A DNA stretch of 64,000 bases from Mustelus asterias (Eukaryota): NCBI RefSeq assembly GCF_964213995.1, contig NC_135816.1, forward strand, positions 61,504,001-61,568,000, given 5' to 3'. This document shows, piece by piece, positions 1-12,026 of the stretch. Numbering within the stretch: position 1 is the first letter of the stretch; every line of letters begins with the position of its first letter. The notes beneath the pieces were generated by a model. It did not search any database, was not told the DNA's origin, and was given only the letters and a program-made list of their open reading frames with translations. The position numbers were made by a program, and so were the translations under genes.

Positions 1-85
1 ACCTCTTGTGAGACCGAATATTTAATGTTAATAATGTCCATGAAGCCATGAGGCATCAGTCATGTGACATGGCACATTAATGAGC

Positions 86-399
86 TCATAGCAGCTTAGA
101 AATCAGTTTCTGGATTTCGGGACAGAATCCATTGTTCACCCTCAGGGGAGAGACGAGGTGGTTAGTTTCATCTCTTCGGGTATATCTCTCTCTTTCAATC
201 TCTCTCTCTGACAGTTCAGGTTGGAGAGCCAGTTCATCTACATTTCCTGTGCTTTTGTTGATTACAAGGGGTTTGTAAGGAGGTGTGAAATTCCGCAGGC
301 TGAGAGAGGAAATATTTTGTTTTTGCAACTGCTGCTGGAACTTTTCGGAAGCTGTGATCAATCTTGTGGTCGGGTGGCCTGTAGCAGTCATCTTATGGT
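86..399 (-). CDS. Candidate downstream/terminal exon (DHKMTATGHPTT...KLL*)
   Basis: TCTTTGCTAG acceptor. Non-repeat ORF with T-rich start and three N-x-S/T sequons (NIS, NFT, NKS). No homology recognised. Confidence 0.3.
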
Positions 400-716
400 C
401 TAGCAAAGACCATTTTAACAATAACAAGAATCAGTAAAATGTGAAGTATATGTTTCTTTCATGTCTAATGGATACAATAGTCCTTTACACTCTTCTTCCC
501 CATTTCACTTTCTCAGACTCTATCATATCTCTGTATTCCCTCAGTTCCGACGAGAGTCATCGAACCGAGGCTGCAGGTCACAGGTATTTGCAGCATTTCC
601 TGTCCTGATTTCAGATACCTAGTGGTATTTTGCTCCTGCCCTGGTCACCAAGTCTTGCTCAAACACCTGAGAAAATATTCTGCCAAATCCTCCCCAAAGT
701 CAAATTAGCTTATTAC

Positions 717-794
717 CTGCTGACCATCCCGTGGGGGTAAAGATGGTGTCCTTTCCTCTACTACAGCCATTTCTGCCTTCAGCCATCTTTGCAT
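717..794 (-). CDS. Candidate 78-nt internal exon (frame unresolved)
   Basis: ATTTTTCAG acceptor and CAG|GTAATA donor. Open in phase 1 (DAKMAEGRNG...) and phase 0 (MQRWLKAEM...). Confidence 0.35.
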
Positions 795-1239
795 CTGAAA
801 AATGGTACAAAGGCAGTCATGAGATAAAAGAATAAAAATCAGGGGTGAGCCATCACCTATCCAAACGCAGCCCAAAAAGAGTGATTGGAGTGGAAATAGC
901 CATACAGGTGGTTTTCAGGAGGAAATCACATGACGGTAACATTTTGAAAAGGACAAGGTACTGCATCCTGTCAAAAGCTTTGCAATGTCCAAGACAAATA
1001 ATGCACCAAAATATTTCAGGTCAGCTCAGCTGCCAAGACTGGAGACAGCCTTGAATGAAATGGGCAGGACATCTGCTCTTATTTTCTCTTCAAACAGAGG
1101 TTTAGCTCGTCATTGAATAACTGTGTTATTTCCTATGTGTACAATCTAAATTTGGGAAATAATCACCTTCCAATATTTAAGGGTGAAATTACCATTGGCA
1201 ATGTCATCGCAAGATCACAGAATAATTGCAGGCAAGAAA

Positions 1240-1676
1240 GATTGGGTTCGGGTTTGTACTCGTTGGAGTTTAGAAGGCAGAGGGGGGATCTTATAGAGAC
1301 CTATAAGATAATGAAGGGGCTGGATAGGGTAGAGGTGGAGAGATTCTTTCCACTTAGAAAGGACGCTAGAACTAGAGGGCACAGCCTCAAAATAAAGGGG
1401 GGTCAGTTTAGGACAGAGTTGAGGAGGAACTTCTTCTCTCAGAGGGTGGTGAATCTCTGGAATTCTCTGCCCACTGAAGTGGTGGAGGCTACCTCGTTGA
1501 ATATGTTTAAATCACGAATAGATGGATTCCTGATCGGTAAGGGAATTAGGGGTTATAGGGATCAGGCGGGTAAGTGGAACTGATCCACTTCAGATCAGCC
1601 ATGATCTTATTGAATGGCGGGGCAGGCTCGAGGGGCTAGATGGCCTACTCCTGCTCCTATTTCTTATGTTCTTATG
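1240..1676 (+). mobile_element. 5'-truncated CR1 LINE (ORF2 C-terminus plus 3' tail)
   Basis: LYSLEFRRQRGDLIETYKIMKG...FFSQRVVNLWNSLP motif, (TTCTTATG)2 tail, AGAAAG target-site duplication. Confidence 0.9.
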
Positions 1677-2409
1677 AGAAAGGCTACTACGACCATTTGA
1701 GCTCATCGATCCAGGAGGTTCCTCCATTGCTTTGTTCTCTTCTTTTCTGCTAAAACTATTGGAACTCAGAGTGCATTCCCAGCGTCGATCACACTTTATG
1801 TTTTTTCTTTAGTTTTATCTGGGATGTGAGCTGGAAAAATCTGCCATTATTCCTTTTCCCTAATTGCTCTTGAGAAAATGGTAAACAATCTTCTTGAACT
1901 GCTGAATTCTGTGCGGTATTGTTACAGCAACAGGGTGGAAGACAGTAGCTCCAGGATTCTGACCCAGTAACAAAGAAGGAACATCAATATGCTTTAAAGT
2001 CAGGATTGTATGTGACTTGAAGGGGAACATAGGGGTGATGGTATTTCCCTGTATCTGCTCCCCTGTGCTTCTAGATTATAGAGGTTGTGGGTTTGGAAAG
2101 TGCTGTTGTAGTTTTTGCAAATACACCTTGTACACACTCCAGACACAGCACACTGCTGGTGGTGGAGGAAGTGAATGTTTAAGGAGGTGAATGGGGTATC
2201 AGTCAAGTGAAATGCTTTGTCATGGATGGTGTTGAGCTTCTTGAGTGTTGTTGGAGCTCTGCTCTATTGAACTCCTGACTTGTACCTTGTAGATCATGGA
2301 AAATCATTGGGGTGACAGAAGATAAATAACTCGTTGCCGAATACCTAGCCTCTGACCTGCTCAGTAGCTACAGGGTTTATGTGGCTCATATGGTTCACTT
2401 TATTCTCAA

Positions 2410-2745
2410 GGGCGACACAGTGGCACAATGATTAGCACTGCTGCCTCACAGCAGTAGGGACCTGGGATCGATTCCTGCCTTGGGTAACTGTTTGTGTGGA
2501 GTTTGCATGTTTTCTCCGTGTTTGCGTGGATTTCCTCTGGGTGCTCCTCCTAAAGTCCAAAGATGTGCAGGTTAGATGGATTGGCCATGCTAAATCACCC
2601 CTTACTGTCCCAAGAATTGTAGGGGGAGATTAGTGGGGTAAATACGTGGAGTTATGGGGATAGGGCCGGGGTAAAATGAATTAGTGCAGACTCAATGGGC
2701 CAAATGGCCTCCTTCTGCACTGTAGGATTCTATGATTCTATGATT
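2410..2745 (+). mobile_element. HE1/V-SINE-type tRNA-derived SINE
   Basis: A/B-box head, conserved core GGTTTCCTC.GGGTGCTCC, (ATTCTATG)n tail. Confidence 0.85.
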
Positions 2746-3249
2746 CAATGATACACGACCCCCCAGGATGTTGGTAGTGAAATATTCAGAGATGAGAACT
2801 CCGCTGAAAGTCAAAGGGAGGTGGTTAGACTCACTTATTGAAAGTGATCATTACCTGGCACATGTGTGACTTGAACGTTGTGTGAAGAACGGCATCCTGG
2901 TATCACTGAAATGTCACTTTTACTCATTGAAACCCATGTCTCTTTAATCAAGTCTCAATTTAATTTGAAATAATATTCTGGATTTACCTTTCCATTAACC
3001 TCTAACATACCTCCTGAAGGTCACTCTCAGGTGCTTCCTTTCAAGCACATGTTTCAACAATCTTTCCTCATAGATCAAGCAGTGCAGCTCGGTCATGTGT
3101 CTCTTTGCAGTGTCCCCAGTGCCTGAATGCCTACTTATTGTAAAATACTTGTACTAAATTCCTCACTCCAGTATTTCAGCAGAAGTTTTAATTGATTCAT
3201 ACAATACCACCAACTGTGATTTATTTTAAGCATTTATTTAAACCATTAA

Positions 3250-3565
3250 GGGCGGCATAGTGGCACAGTGGTTAGCACTGCTGCCTCACAGCACTAGGGA
3301 CCCGGATTTGATTCCAGCCGTGGGTCACTGTCTGCGTGGAGTTTGCACATTCTTCCCGTGTCTGCATGGGTTTCCTCCAGAAGCTCCAGTTTCCTCCCAC
3401 AGTCTGAAAGACGTGCGGGTTAGGTTGATTGGCCATGGTAAATTGCCCCTTAGGATTAGCAGGGTAAATACGTGGGGTTACAGTGAAAGGGCCTGGGTGG
3501 GATTGTCATCACTGCAGGCTCGATGGGCCAAAAGGCCTCCTTCCTTAATGTAGAGATTCTGTGAT
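3250..3565 (+). mobile_element. HE1/V-SINE-type SINE
   Basis: GGGCGGCATAGTGGCACAGTGGTTAGCACTGCTG head, V core, CR1-like tail. Confidence 0.85.
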
Positions 3566-4591
3566 TAAATAATTCATTGGCAAACCACATGATGATTATA
3601 TGCAGAGAATAAACTTCCAGTCTAAAATGATCGTTTCACGATGCTGCGCTTTTGTGTTAACAGTTAAAATTGTCAAGCATCATGCAGCACAGAGACATGA
3701 AAAGAATTTACACCATGAGTGGTTAGGATTTGGAATGCACTGCCTGGTATGTATATCGATAGAAGCTTTCTAAAGGGAATTAGATGAATACTTGAAAGGG
3801 AAAGACATTGCAGAGTTATGGGGAAAAAACAGGAGTGTGGGACTAATTGGATCTTTTGTAAAGAGCCCACACAACCACTGCAGGCCAAATGGCCTCATTC
3901 TGTGCTGAGAAAGGAAATTCTGAGAATGTAAAATTAATTGATTGTCTGAGAGGTTCCTATGTAGGTGATACTAAGAGAATGCCAATGGAATGTCACATCC
4001 TTTCTCAGGCAGACATTTCAAAGGAAGGAGCCACGTAGAAGTGAACTGCCATCTCCTGTGGAGATAGTGGAAGCTGATTATCATCTCAGCAGGGATCATA
4101 GCCTGTAAGTTATATCCTGGTTTGTGGATTTTCACCTTCCAAGAACATACAGGAGACTGGGATTAAAAATTTGGATAGCATGGACCAGTGGCGGGTGCGT
4201 CAGAGTGTGTGACACAGAAGCAAAGAGAGACAGCAGCAGTCACCGTTGCTCTGGCAAGTAAAATAAAAGTCTTGCTCTCTCTCTGACTGCTGAAAGCAAT
4301 CCAAATCAGCGAAACAACAGCCAAAAAGGAAGCTGGACAACTCCCCTCAGTGAAATTGCAGAACCCTGGAATCACTAAACCAACTATTCAACTGTTGAAG
4401 TCATCACTGCTGGAATCTTAAATCTCAAATGGCCATAAAGTTTCTCCATCTGCTCCTCACAAATAAGCCAAAGACTGGTTCATATTATTTTTTAAACCTA
4501 TTTTTGGACTTGTTTTTCACTTTTAATCTGTGTGAATGCGTATTCATGTGTTCTTTATTTTTTCTTGCTATTTGTAACAAATAAACTCACT

Positions 4592-5732
4592 GGGCCCGAT
4601 TTTACCATTGCGTCGCGCCCGTTTTCAGACGCAAAAACGTGGTAAAGTTGGGTGAGAGGCCATTAACGCGATCCGCGCCCGCATCCGCGCAGATTGCCAC
4701 TTTACCGAAACCCGGGATTCGGGTTTATTTGCATGCATTTAAATTGAATTAATGAACTGCCCGCCCAACTTTATCAGCATTTCCCCCTTTACCACCACGT
4801 TTGCCAATCCGGAACCGTGCCGTAATAGACCTGCTAAATAAAAGTATGAATCGGGTGCTCCAGCTGCTGAAGAGCGAGTTCAGAGCTTCCAACGGTTCTC
4901 TGACTCAGATCAGTGGTGGGGGGGAGGAGGGAGGCGGGTCAGATCATTCTCTGGTTGGGGGGGAGGAGGGGAGTGAGGCCAGACCGTTGTCTGGTTGGGG
5001 GGGGGGGGGTAGGAGGCGGGTCAGATGTTCCTCTGGAGGGGGGGCGGTAGTGAGGCCAGATCATTCTCTCGGGGGGGCGGTGGAGTGAGGCTAGATCGTT
5101 GTCTGGGGGACAGGGGGTGAGTGAGGCCAGACCATTCTCTGGGGGGGGAGTGAGGCCGGATCATTATCTGGGGGGGAGGGAGGGAGGTGGGTAAGATATA
5201 TCTCGGGAGGGGAGGGGAGGCCCGATCGCTCACTGCTGGGGGGGGCGGGGGGGGGGGGGCAGATGGATTTCTGGTGGGGGGGCAGATGGATCTCTGGTGG
5301 GGGGGGGCAGATGGATCTCTGGTGGGAGGGGCTGGGGGCAGGGAGGTCCGCTGCCACTCTGCGGGCAATCGGTGGGGAGGGGGGTAGGGATGGTGATCGG
5401 TCTGGGTAGTGGGGGGGAGGTGGATAAGGAGGACAGTGATGTCTGTGGGGGCCATCGCTCCCGCTGTTTGTTCCCGGGCCACTTTCTCCGCTTTCTGCGG
5501 CTCGGGAGCGATCTGACACGGGCGCGCTTTTTCAACTTTTTTCTAACTGCACATGCGCAGTTCACAGCTCCGATCGTTTCGGGCATGCTAAGCCCCGCCC
5601 ACAGCGCGAATGGGACTGGAGATATTTTTTTCAGGCTGAGTGCGTATGGGGGCGCCTGAAAGCAGATCTCTAAGTCGGATCTGCATTACACCCAGATTCA
5701 GCACTTAGAATGAAAATGGTAAAATCGGGCCC
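4592..5732. mobile_element. Non-autonomous PIF/Harbinger element (MITE)
   Basis: Perfect 18-bp TIRs GGGCCCGATTTTACCATT / AATGGTAAAATCGGGCCC, 3-bp TSD ACT. The 5' ~250 bp is shared with the Harbinger at 39951. G-rich tandem interior. Confidence 0.9.
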
Positions 5733-6104
5733 ACTATTTCTTTAACTCCAGAAAGCCTGGTTAAATTTGTTCCTTTTTATCCCCAAGGGAAGGGATCCCT
5801 TTGAAGTAATTTTTGTTGCAACAACAGAGGGGACTGAATAAAGAAGGGGAGCCAGTTCAGCCCATTCACCCCAGGACATTACAATTTGGGGGTTTCCCAT
5901 CCAGAATTTAACAAATTGTGACTTGTGCCAGGATGGTTCCCATAGAGGGGATAAAGGGTAACAAATCTAGGGTCCTTTCCTGGGGATTATCCGTAACACC
6001 TATCCAATACTGTTCTCTGACAGCCCATCAGTAACAGGACAGGAGATCTACCAGCAACAGATAAATACAAAGTGGAAGTATATTGAGAAAAAGGAATTGC
6101 TCAC

Positions 6105-6166
6105 AGTTGAATGTGGAGTTGAACTTTGCTTAGTTGGTGAGTTAGTGTAAGTCGGAATCTCGTTAC
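6105..6166 (-). CDS. Candidate mucin-like (S/T/P-rich) exon GNEIPTYTNSPTKQSSTPHST, possibly of TIM gene A
   Basis: TTTTCAG acceptor, phase-1 start, S/T/P-rich, GTGAGC donor. Read-through would end at TAG 6048-6050 after a hydrophobic tail. Confidence 0.45.
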
Positions 6167-7536
6167 CTGAAAAGCACCAAAAATATGTTCATGTTTAAAA
6201 GAGCTTTATCCAGGAATCTCAAGGACTTGACATCCTCTCATCCACATAGCGCTGAAGGATCTCTGAACCTGAAAAAGCAGGAAGCTCATCAAGCTGTTAT
6301 CTCAATGGGATATGGGAATGGGGCCAGAAAGTGGGAATGAAATAGAGAATTAGCCATGACCTGATTAAAAGACAGACAGGCTCAAAGGGCTGGATGACCT
6401 ACTCCTGTTCCCATGTTTGATGTTGGATAATGTCTGGGTTGGATGGGATGTTTCAATTGACGGGATTATTCTTACCCATTCCACAGAGCCAAAGTGAATT
6501 CATCCTTTAACTTAGAAAATGTGTGCTCCTTTTTCACTGCAGGTGGAAAGGTGGAAGCACATCACCACAAGTGACATTATCACTGTATTAACTCATTGGC
6601 AAGGCCAGTGAGACAGCTTTCCACGGCTCTGCTTCACAAGAACAAGCATTGTCAATTGCCAGCTGCATGAAATCATTTGAACCTTCATCCCACTTCCCTT
6701 TGACACTACAGCCTATGTATAATGTTTGACTCTCATCTTAAAATCTGTGCTGTTAATTAGCAAATTGTTAGAATCATACCTTTTGGATATATTTTCTTTT
6801 AAAATATGGTAAACCAGTAAATTATTTAGACACTTTGATTTTTTTTAAAAACAGGGGTCGTAAGTTCACCTTTGGACTGAAAGGAAGCCTGCCTTTTCCA
6901 AGAAATCACTTGACTAGTATAGCACTTGAGGGTGAGGACTATTTGCTTGTTTGGTCTACAATTATTTTAATAGATGGAGAAAAAACTGGATTTAAAGACA
7001 AAGGCCATTGATTTACTGGAAATCACGTAACAGAGATGAGCTTTCAATTTTGAACTTTAAAAAAAAAATTCACTTGGAAGTGAACTGGAAATCGGAAATG
7101 CTGATCTGCTTGCATGTTCTTTGTCTTTCTTGCAGCTATATAATTGTCAGTATCCAGCTAGGAATCTTCATCTCAGTGGAACTTATCTGTCTTTGGAAAC
7201 CCAAGAGGCTGAGACAAGAAGGATTGATCTGGCTGTATTTTTCTCCTTGCATTGCACCATTGGTCAAAAACCTCCAGACCTCCAATGGGAATAGAGATTT
7301 GTCTACACATGAGGTAACTCCAGATCAACAGCATCAAAACCCTGTAAACTTTATCCATATTTTTACATGTAGTCAACTGCCATCTCTGCAGAGACCCCTA
7401 TCTGTTTATCCTTTGTTTTTTTAATTAAAAGGGATAGATAGTTACACATTCAGATAATAAATTGTGTGTTAACCAGTTCTTGCAATTTGTTTTTAAAAAG
7501 TTTTGTTTTGTAATAAATCATTCATTTGAGTTTGGT

Positions 7537-7865
7537 GCGGCATGGTGGCACAGTGATTAGCACTGCTGCTTCACAGCGCCAGAGATCTGGGTTTGATTCT
7601 GGATTTGGGCGACTGTCTAGGTGGAGTTTTCACACTCTCCCCATGTCCGCATCGGTTTCCTCTGGGTGCTCGGGTTAAATTCCACAGTCCAAGGATGTGT
7701 AGGTTAGGTGGATTGGCCATACTAAATAGCCTCTTAGTGTCCCAAACTGTAGATTAGGGGGTAAATACGTGGGGTTACAGAGGTAGACCTGGGTAAGATT
7801 TAAAAGAAGATGGGCCGAATGGCCTCCTTTTGCACTGGAGGGATTCTATGTTTTATTCTATGATT
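7537..7865 (+). mobile_element. HE1/V-SINE-type SINE
   Basis: Same head/core/tail as the other copies, more diverged. Confidence 0.8.
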
Positions 7866-9479
7866 CTAGTTTATTGAAAGAAGCCTGGTTAAAGTCTCTT
7901 TTATTCTGTGTCTAACCATAGTAAAGGAAATAATTGACCATTTTGGTGAGTGAATTAATATTTAAATTAATGGTACGACCTGAGGAGTATTCTCGATGGT
8001 AGAGCTTCTATAAATACAGTCAAAATATTTGTTTTCAGTGCATTTGTTATGCTTACCATGTTCAGTAGTGATTGGGGGAATCGTGACTGTGGAAGGAGCT
8101 GTGATAGAGAAAAAAAAAGGTGTTACTGGCAATCACTTCAGCAACAACTTACAACTATGTTGGCCTGCAGTTCTACCAATACTATTCATCTATGTCTAAA
8201 ATATACCACTGTATATAAGGTCAACAGGAAACAGCAGAGAGAGACTAATTGCCTTAATAATTAATGGTGATATCACTTCAATTACAAGAGAGGATCTAAC
8301 AAGTAGGAAGTAGGCAGCAGAGAATTTATGGGTTGAATTACGAAATGTAAAACTATTTAGGACTGTAGTAGATGTTATGTATAAGGACCTGGTTGTAGCT
8401 GTGAAGTGGTACCTTGCACAAATGCTAAGATTAAACGAGCATGTAGCAAAGGAAGAGTGGTTTTAGTGGATGATTTTACCTTCCATATGGATTGGAATAT
8501 GCAGACTAGCACATGACATGTCAAAAACAGTGTTAATTTCTTGAGTGTCAATGTTGGAATGCGGTTACAGGTTCCAGTTTGTAAGTGAGAGCAGCTGTTG
8601 CTAATTGTGGAAAGAGTAGGGCATGATATAAGTACATAAGAATCAGTTTCCACCTGTGTGGGAGAAGGAAGAGGGAGTTCTGTGCCCTCCGAGCTTTCTG
8701 ACTAATCTTATTTAAGTAAAAGACTGACTCCAAATTCATCCTTTACTCAGTCAATGAGCAGTGAATTGTATCATCCGCAATAGTTTCCTGCAACTAAACT
8801 CAACAGGTCATGTTAGATGAGGAAAGAGCCAAATATAGTTAACATCTTCACTTTGCATTAATATTTATCAAATAGCAATCATAATATGATCAAGTTTGAA
8901 GAAGTTTGGTAATACAGACCTTGATTACTGCTAAAAGAGACACGCTGTTGAAGCTTTTTGTTTTGCACTCATCAGGACAAATTCACAGGAATACCAATAG
9001 TAAAGGGAACAACCATTTATGCTGCATAGAAGAGAGTGCTGACTGGTTGGCAAGTGGACTCTAATTGGTAAAGACATTGCCATGGAGACTGCAGAAGGGA
9101 GATGTTAACAGCCAAGCCTTTGTTCAAATTCAATCCAGGCGGGTCAACTCTGATTGATCAAGGTATTGCCATGAGGAATGAGCCAGGAAAGGTTTGTATC
9201 CCCAATCTCTTGTCTAGTTGATGGAAGTTTCAGGGCAATCCTCCATACGTTAAAGGACTCAGAAGAAATCTTGACAGTTTAAAAGTGACCACCTCTGGCT
9301 GCTGCCTGATGGAAAGCTTCCCAGAAGGCTGGGTAGGCCAAGCATAGCCGGCCTCGGACTGGGATAAGGAAAGGTGTGAGCCAGCCTTGAATATGCAAGC
9401 GGCCAGTGGAAGTAGAAAGGCAGACACACCTGTGATCTAATCATTGGAACAAAGGCAGGTGGAGACCAGCAGACGAATT

Positions 9480-9820
9480 GGGCGGCACGGTAGCACAGTG
9501 GTTAGCACTGCTGCTTCACAGCTCCAGGGTCCCGCGTTCGATTCCCGGCTCGGGTCACTGTCTGTGTTGAGTTTGCACATTCTCCTCGTGTCTGCGTGGG
9601 TTTCCTCCGGGTGCTCCGGTTTCCTCCCACAGTTCAAAGATGTGCGGGTTAGGTTGATTGGCCAGGTTAAAAATTGCCCCGAAGAGTCCTGAGATGTGTA
9701 GGTTAGAGGGATTAGCGGGTAAAATATGTGGGGGTAGGGCCTGGGTGGGATTGTGGTCGGTGCAGACTCGATGGGCCGAATGGCCTCCTTCTGCACTGTA
9801 GGGTTTCTATGATTCTATGA
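9480..9820 (+). mobile_element. HE1/V-SINE-type SINE (young)
   Basis: CpG-rich intact head GGGCGGCACGGTAGCACAGTGG, B box GTTCGATTCC, tail TTTCTATGATTCTATG. Confidence 0.9.
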
Positions 9821-10249
9821 TAAGTAAACAAATCAGCGGGGGGCAATGGCCATGGAAATCGGCCCATCCCCAGAAGACAAGAAGACCCATCCCCCAATGG
9901 GATACCATTCAGGAAGCTCCGGAGGGACAGCAAAAGGACATTAAAATATCAATCAAGGCAGTTTCAGCCTTTTGTGTTTGGACTTGACTAAATTAAACTG
10001 AAACTGCCGGTGATCGAAAGCCCATTGTCTTTGAAAGCATTTATGGGGCGGAGTCAATCGGACCCTTTTGAAAAGTCAAGACTTAAAAGATAGAGGTTCA
10101 AGGCAGAAGTCAAGAGCAAGAGAAGCAGACAAGCAAGAAGGAGCCCTCTTCCAGAATCGCAAGCTGAGAAACAGACAAGCAGGACCGAGCTCTCTTCAGT
10201 TTCGACCCTGCACTAAGACATTCGAGCTGACCACAAAGGAACCCCTTTT

Positions 10250-10471
10250 CTTAGAATCTTAGAATCTTAGAATCCCTACAGCACAGAAAGAGGCCATTCG
10301 GCCCATCGAGTCTGCACCGACCACAACCCCACCCAGGACCTACTCCCATATCCCTACATATTTACCCACTAATCCCTCTACCCTACGCATCCCAGGACAC
10401 TAAGGGGCAATTTTAGCATGGCCAATCAACCTAACCCGCACATCTTTGGACTGTGGGAGGAAACCGGAGCA
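10250..10471 (-). mobile_element. 5'-truncated HE1-type SINE
   Basis: (TCTTAGAA)3 tail followed by the reverse complement of the SINE 3' half. Confidence 0.8.
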
Positions 10472-12026
10472 CAATTTTAGAATTGTGAGTACCCCAGCCA
10501 ACCTTGTGAAGTTCCCGAAGATAGGATAGGGGTTGAGGGAAAGGGGAGGGGTGGTGTATTGTAATTTTAAAGTTCCGTAATCTTGTTTGAACTGTGTAAA
10601 GTAAGATTTTACTTGCGTCCGTTAGCATTTCTCCCATAGTGATAGCATAAAACATAAGTTTTATTCATGTGTAGTGTGGCATTGGAGAGGTTGATTCTAT
10701 TGTTAAATAAATCACTGTAAGTTTGAAACTCATTTTGGAGTTCATCTTGCCTCTTGTTCTCTCATCAACACACTCTGGCAAGGTCACAGTTTCAATATCC
10801 CTTACCATAAATCCGAAGTCCAGAACCGAGGGTGATCTGAGCGATTTGAACCCGCTCACTCCAGGGAGACTGCTGGTCAGGAGATAAAGAACAGAGTCTC
10901 TCTGTTTCTCTCTCTTGGGAACCCACTCGAGTGGTGTGGGTACAGGGTGGCTATTGTCCCACCGACAAGGGAGAGAATCACTCGGGCTTTGGTGGTGGTT
11001 TTGGGATGGCTGTGTGATATAAGTATCAGGTTACCGGTCAGGTATAAACGGTGAGCCTGGTTCAGCGCTCTCCTGCGGAGTTGCCCCAGTGCGGCATTCC
11101 CCGATCTTTTGAAATTTGTAGGAGAGAGACACTCACAGCTATCGGCAGACCCCCAAATACCAGCCCGCAAGTGGAGTAAAGAGAAAGATCCCGCTGCATT
11201 GAAAAAGGTGTAAGGTGTGGACATGTTCCTTCTGTCTGTAAAGGACAGGGTCCCATTTGTAGCATCCAGCATGGGAAGTGAGCCACATTGCAAGCATGAT
11301 GGATAATCTTAAATTGCTTTTCAGTGTAATTCTTAGCACAACTGGGATTGTTCAACAAATGTTGTCCAATTGCAAGATTGCATCTAATGTTGGTTTGCCT
11401 GGTTTGAATTTGAACAAAGGTTTGGCAGTTAACTGCTCCCTGCTGCATTCTCCATGTCTGCACCTCCATCAATCAAAGTCTATTTGCCAACCAATTTGCA
11501 CTCTTTTGTCATATAATATTCTTTTTGTTCCCTTTCCTTTGCTATTCTTCTGATTCTGTCCTGGTGAGTTCAAGATGAAACGCTTCAACGAAAGCCTGTT
11601 CCTTTTTTCAGCAATAGTCAAGTTTGAAAGAGGTTTCTAAAGGGAGAAAAGTGATGCAGGACAACTGAAAGTAGCTGGTTGAGTACAATCGGGTAAGTAT
11701 TTACTATTTTTATTTCTTATAGTTTGTAAGGCTGTATTCTATAGTAAGAACAGAGAATGCAATGAACAAAGAAAGTGGCAGTTTGGGAAGTGTGGGAGTT
11801 AGGTGAAGAAGGGGAGGAAGATATGTTTTCCTTTTTTGGAAGATGGGGTTAACTGAGAAACAATACAAACTAAGTGAATGTCAGGGTTATTATAATAATG
11901 TAATATAAGTAAGCAAAGTAGGACAAGGGAAGTAAAGTTAGCGTAAGAGAGGCAAGTTGATGATATTCTTATATAAGCATAATGTTTTGTTAAAAAGGGG
12001 AGTAATTAAGGGGTTTAAAGGTTGGT

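Larger units (their letters stand above)
9222..11198 (+). mobile_element. Long solo LTR (~1.4 kb after removing two SINE insertions)
   Basis: TG...CA termini with 4-bp TSD TTGA (9218-9221/11199-11202). Removing it rejoins the host PLE frame. AATAAA near 10705. Confidence 0.65.
8920..11622 (-). mobile_element. Old Penelope-like element remnant (second family): GIY-YIG C-terminus plus 3' repeat, with an inverted copy of the repeat at ~11395-11622; interrupted by a solo LTR
   Basis: AIGQHLLNNPSCAKNY...FKII and QKEHVHTLHLFQ peptides. 8940-9150 is the reverse complement of ~11395-11600. Decayed hammerhead motifs in both arms. Confidence 0.7.

Noticed and set aside
619-666. Possible short terminal exon VFEQDLVTRAGAKYH*
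   Set aside because: Would need a 50-nt intron and overlaps a repeat remnant.
4163-4375. ORF with a hydrophobic stretch that might be the TIM transmembrane exon
   Set aside because: Lies in LTR-like repeat sequence and lacks convincing splice sites.
5021-5659. Several Pro/Gly-rich ORFs of 110-150 aa
   Set aside because: Artefacts of G-rich tandem repeats inside the Harbinger MITE.
9480-9560. tRNA-like sequence with A and B boxes
   Set aside because: It is the SINE head, continues into the V core, and is not a tRNA gene.
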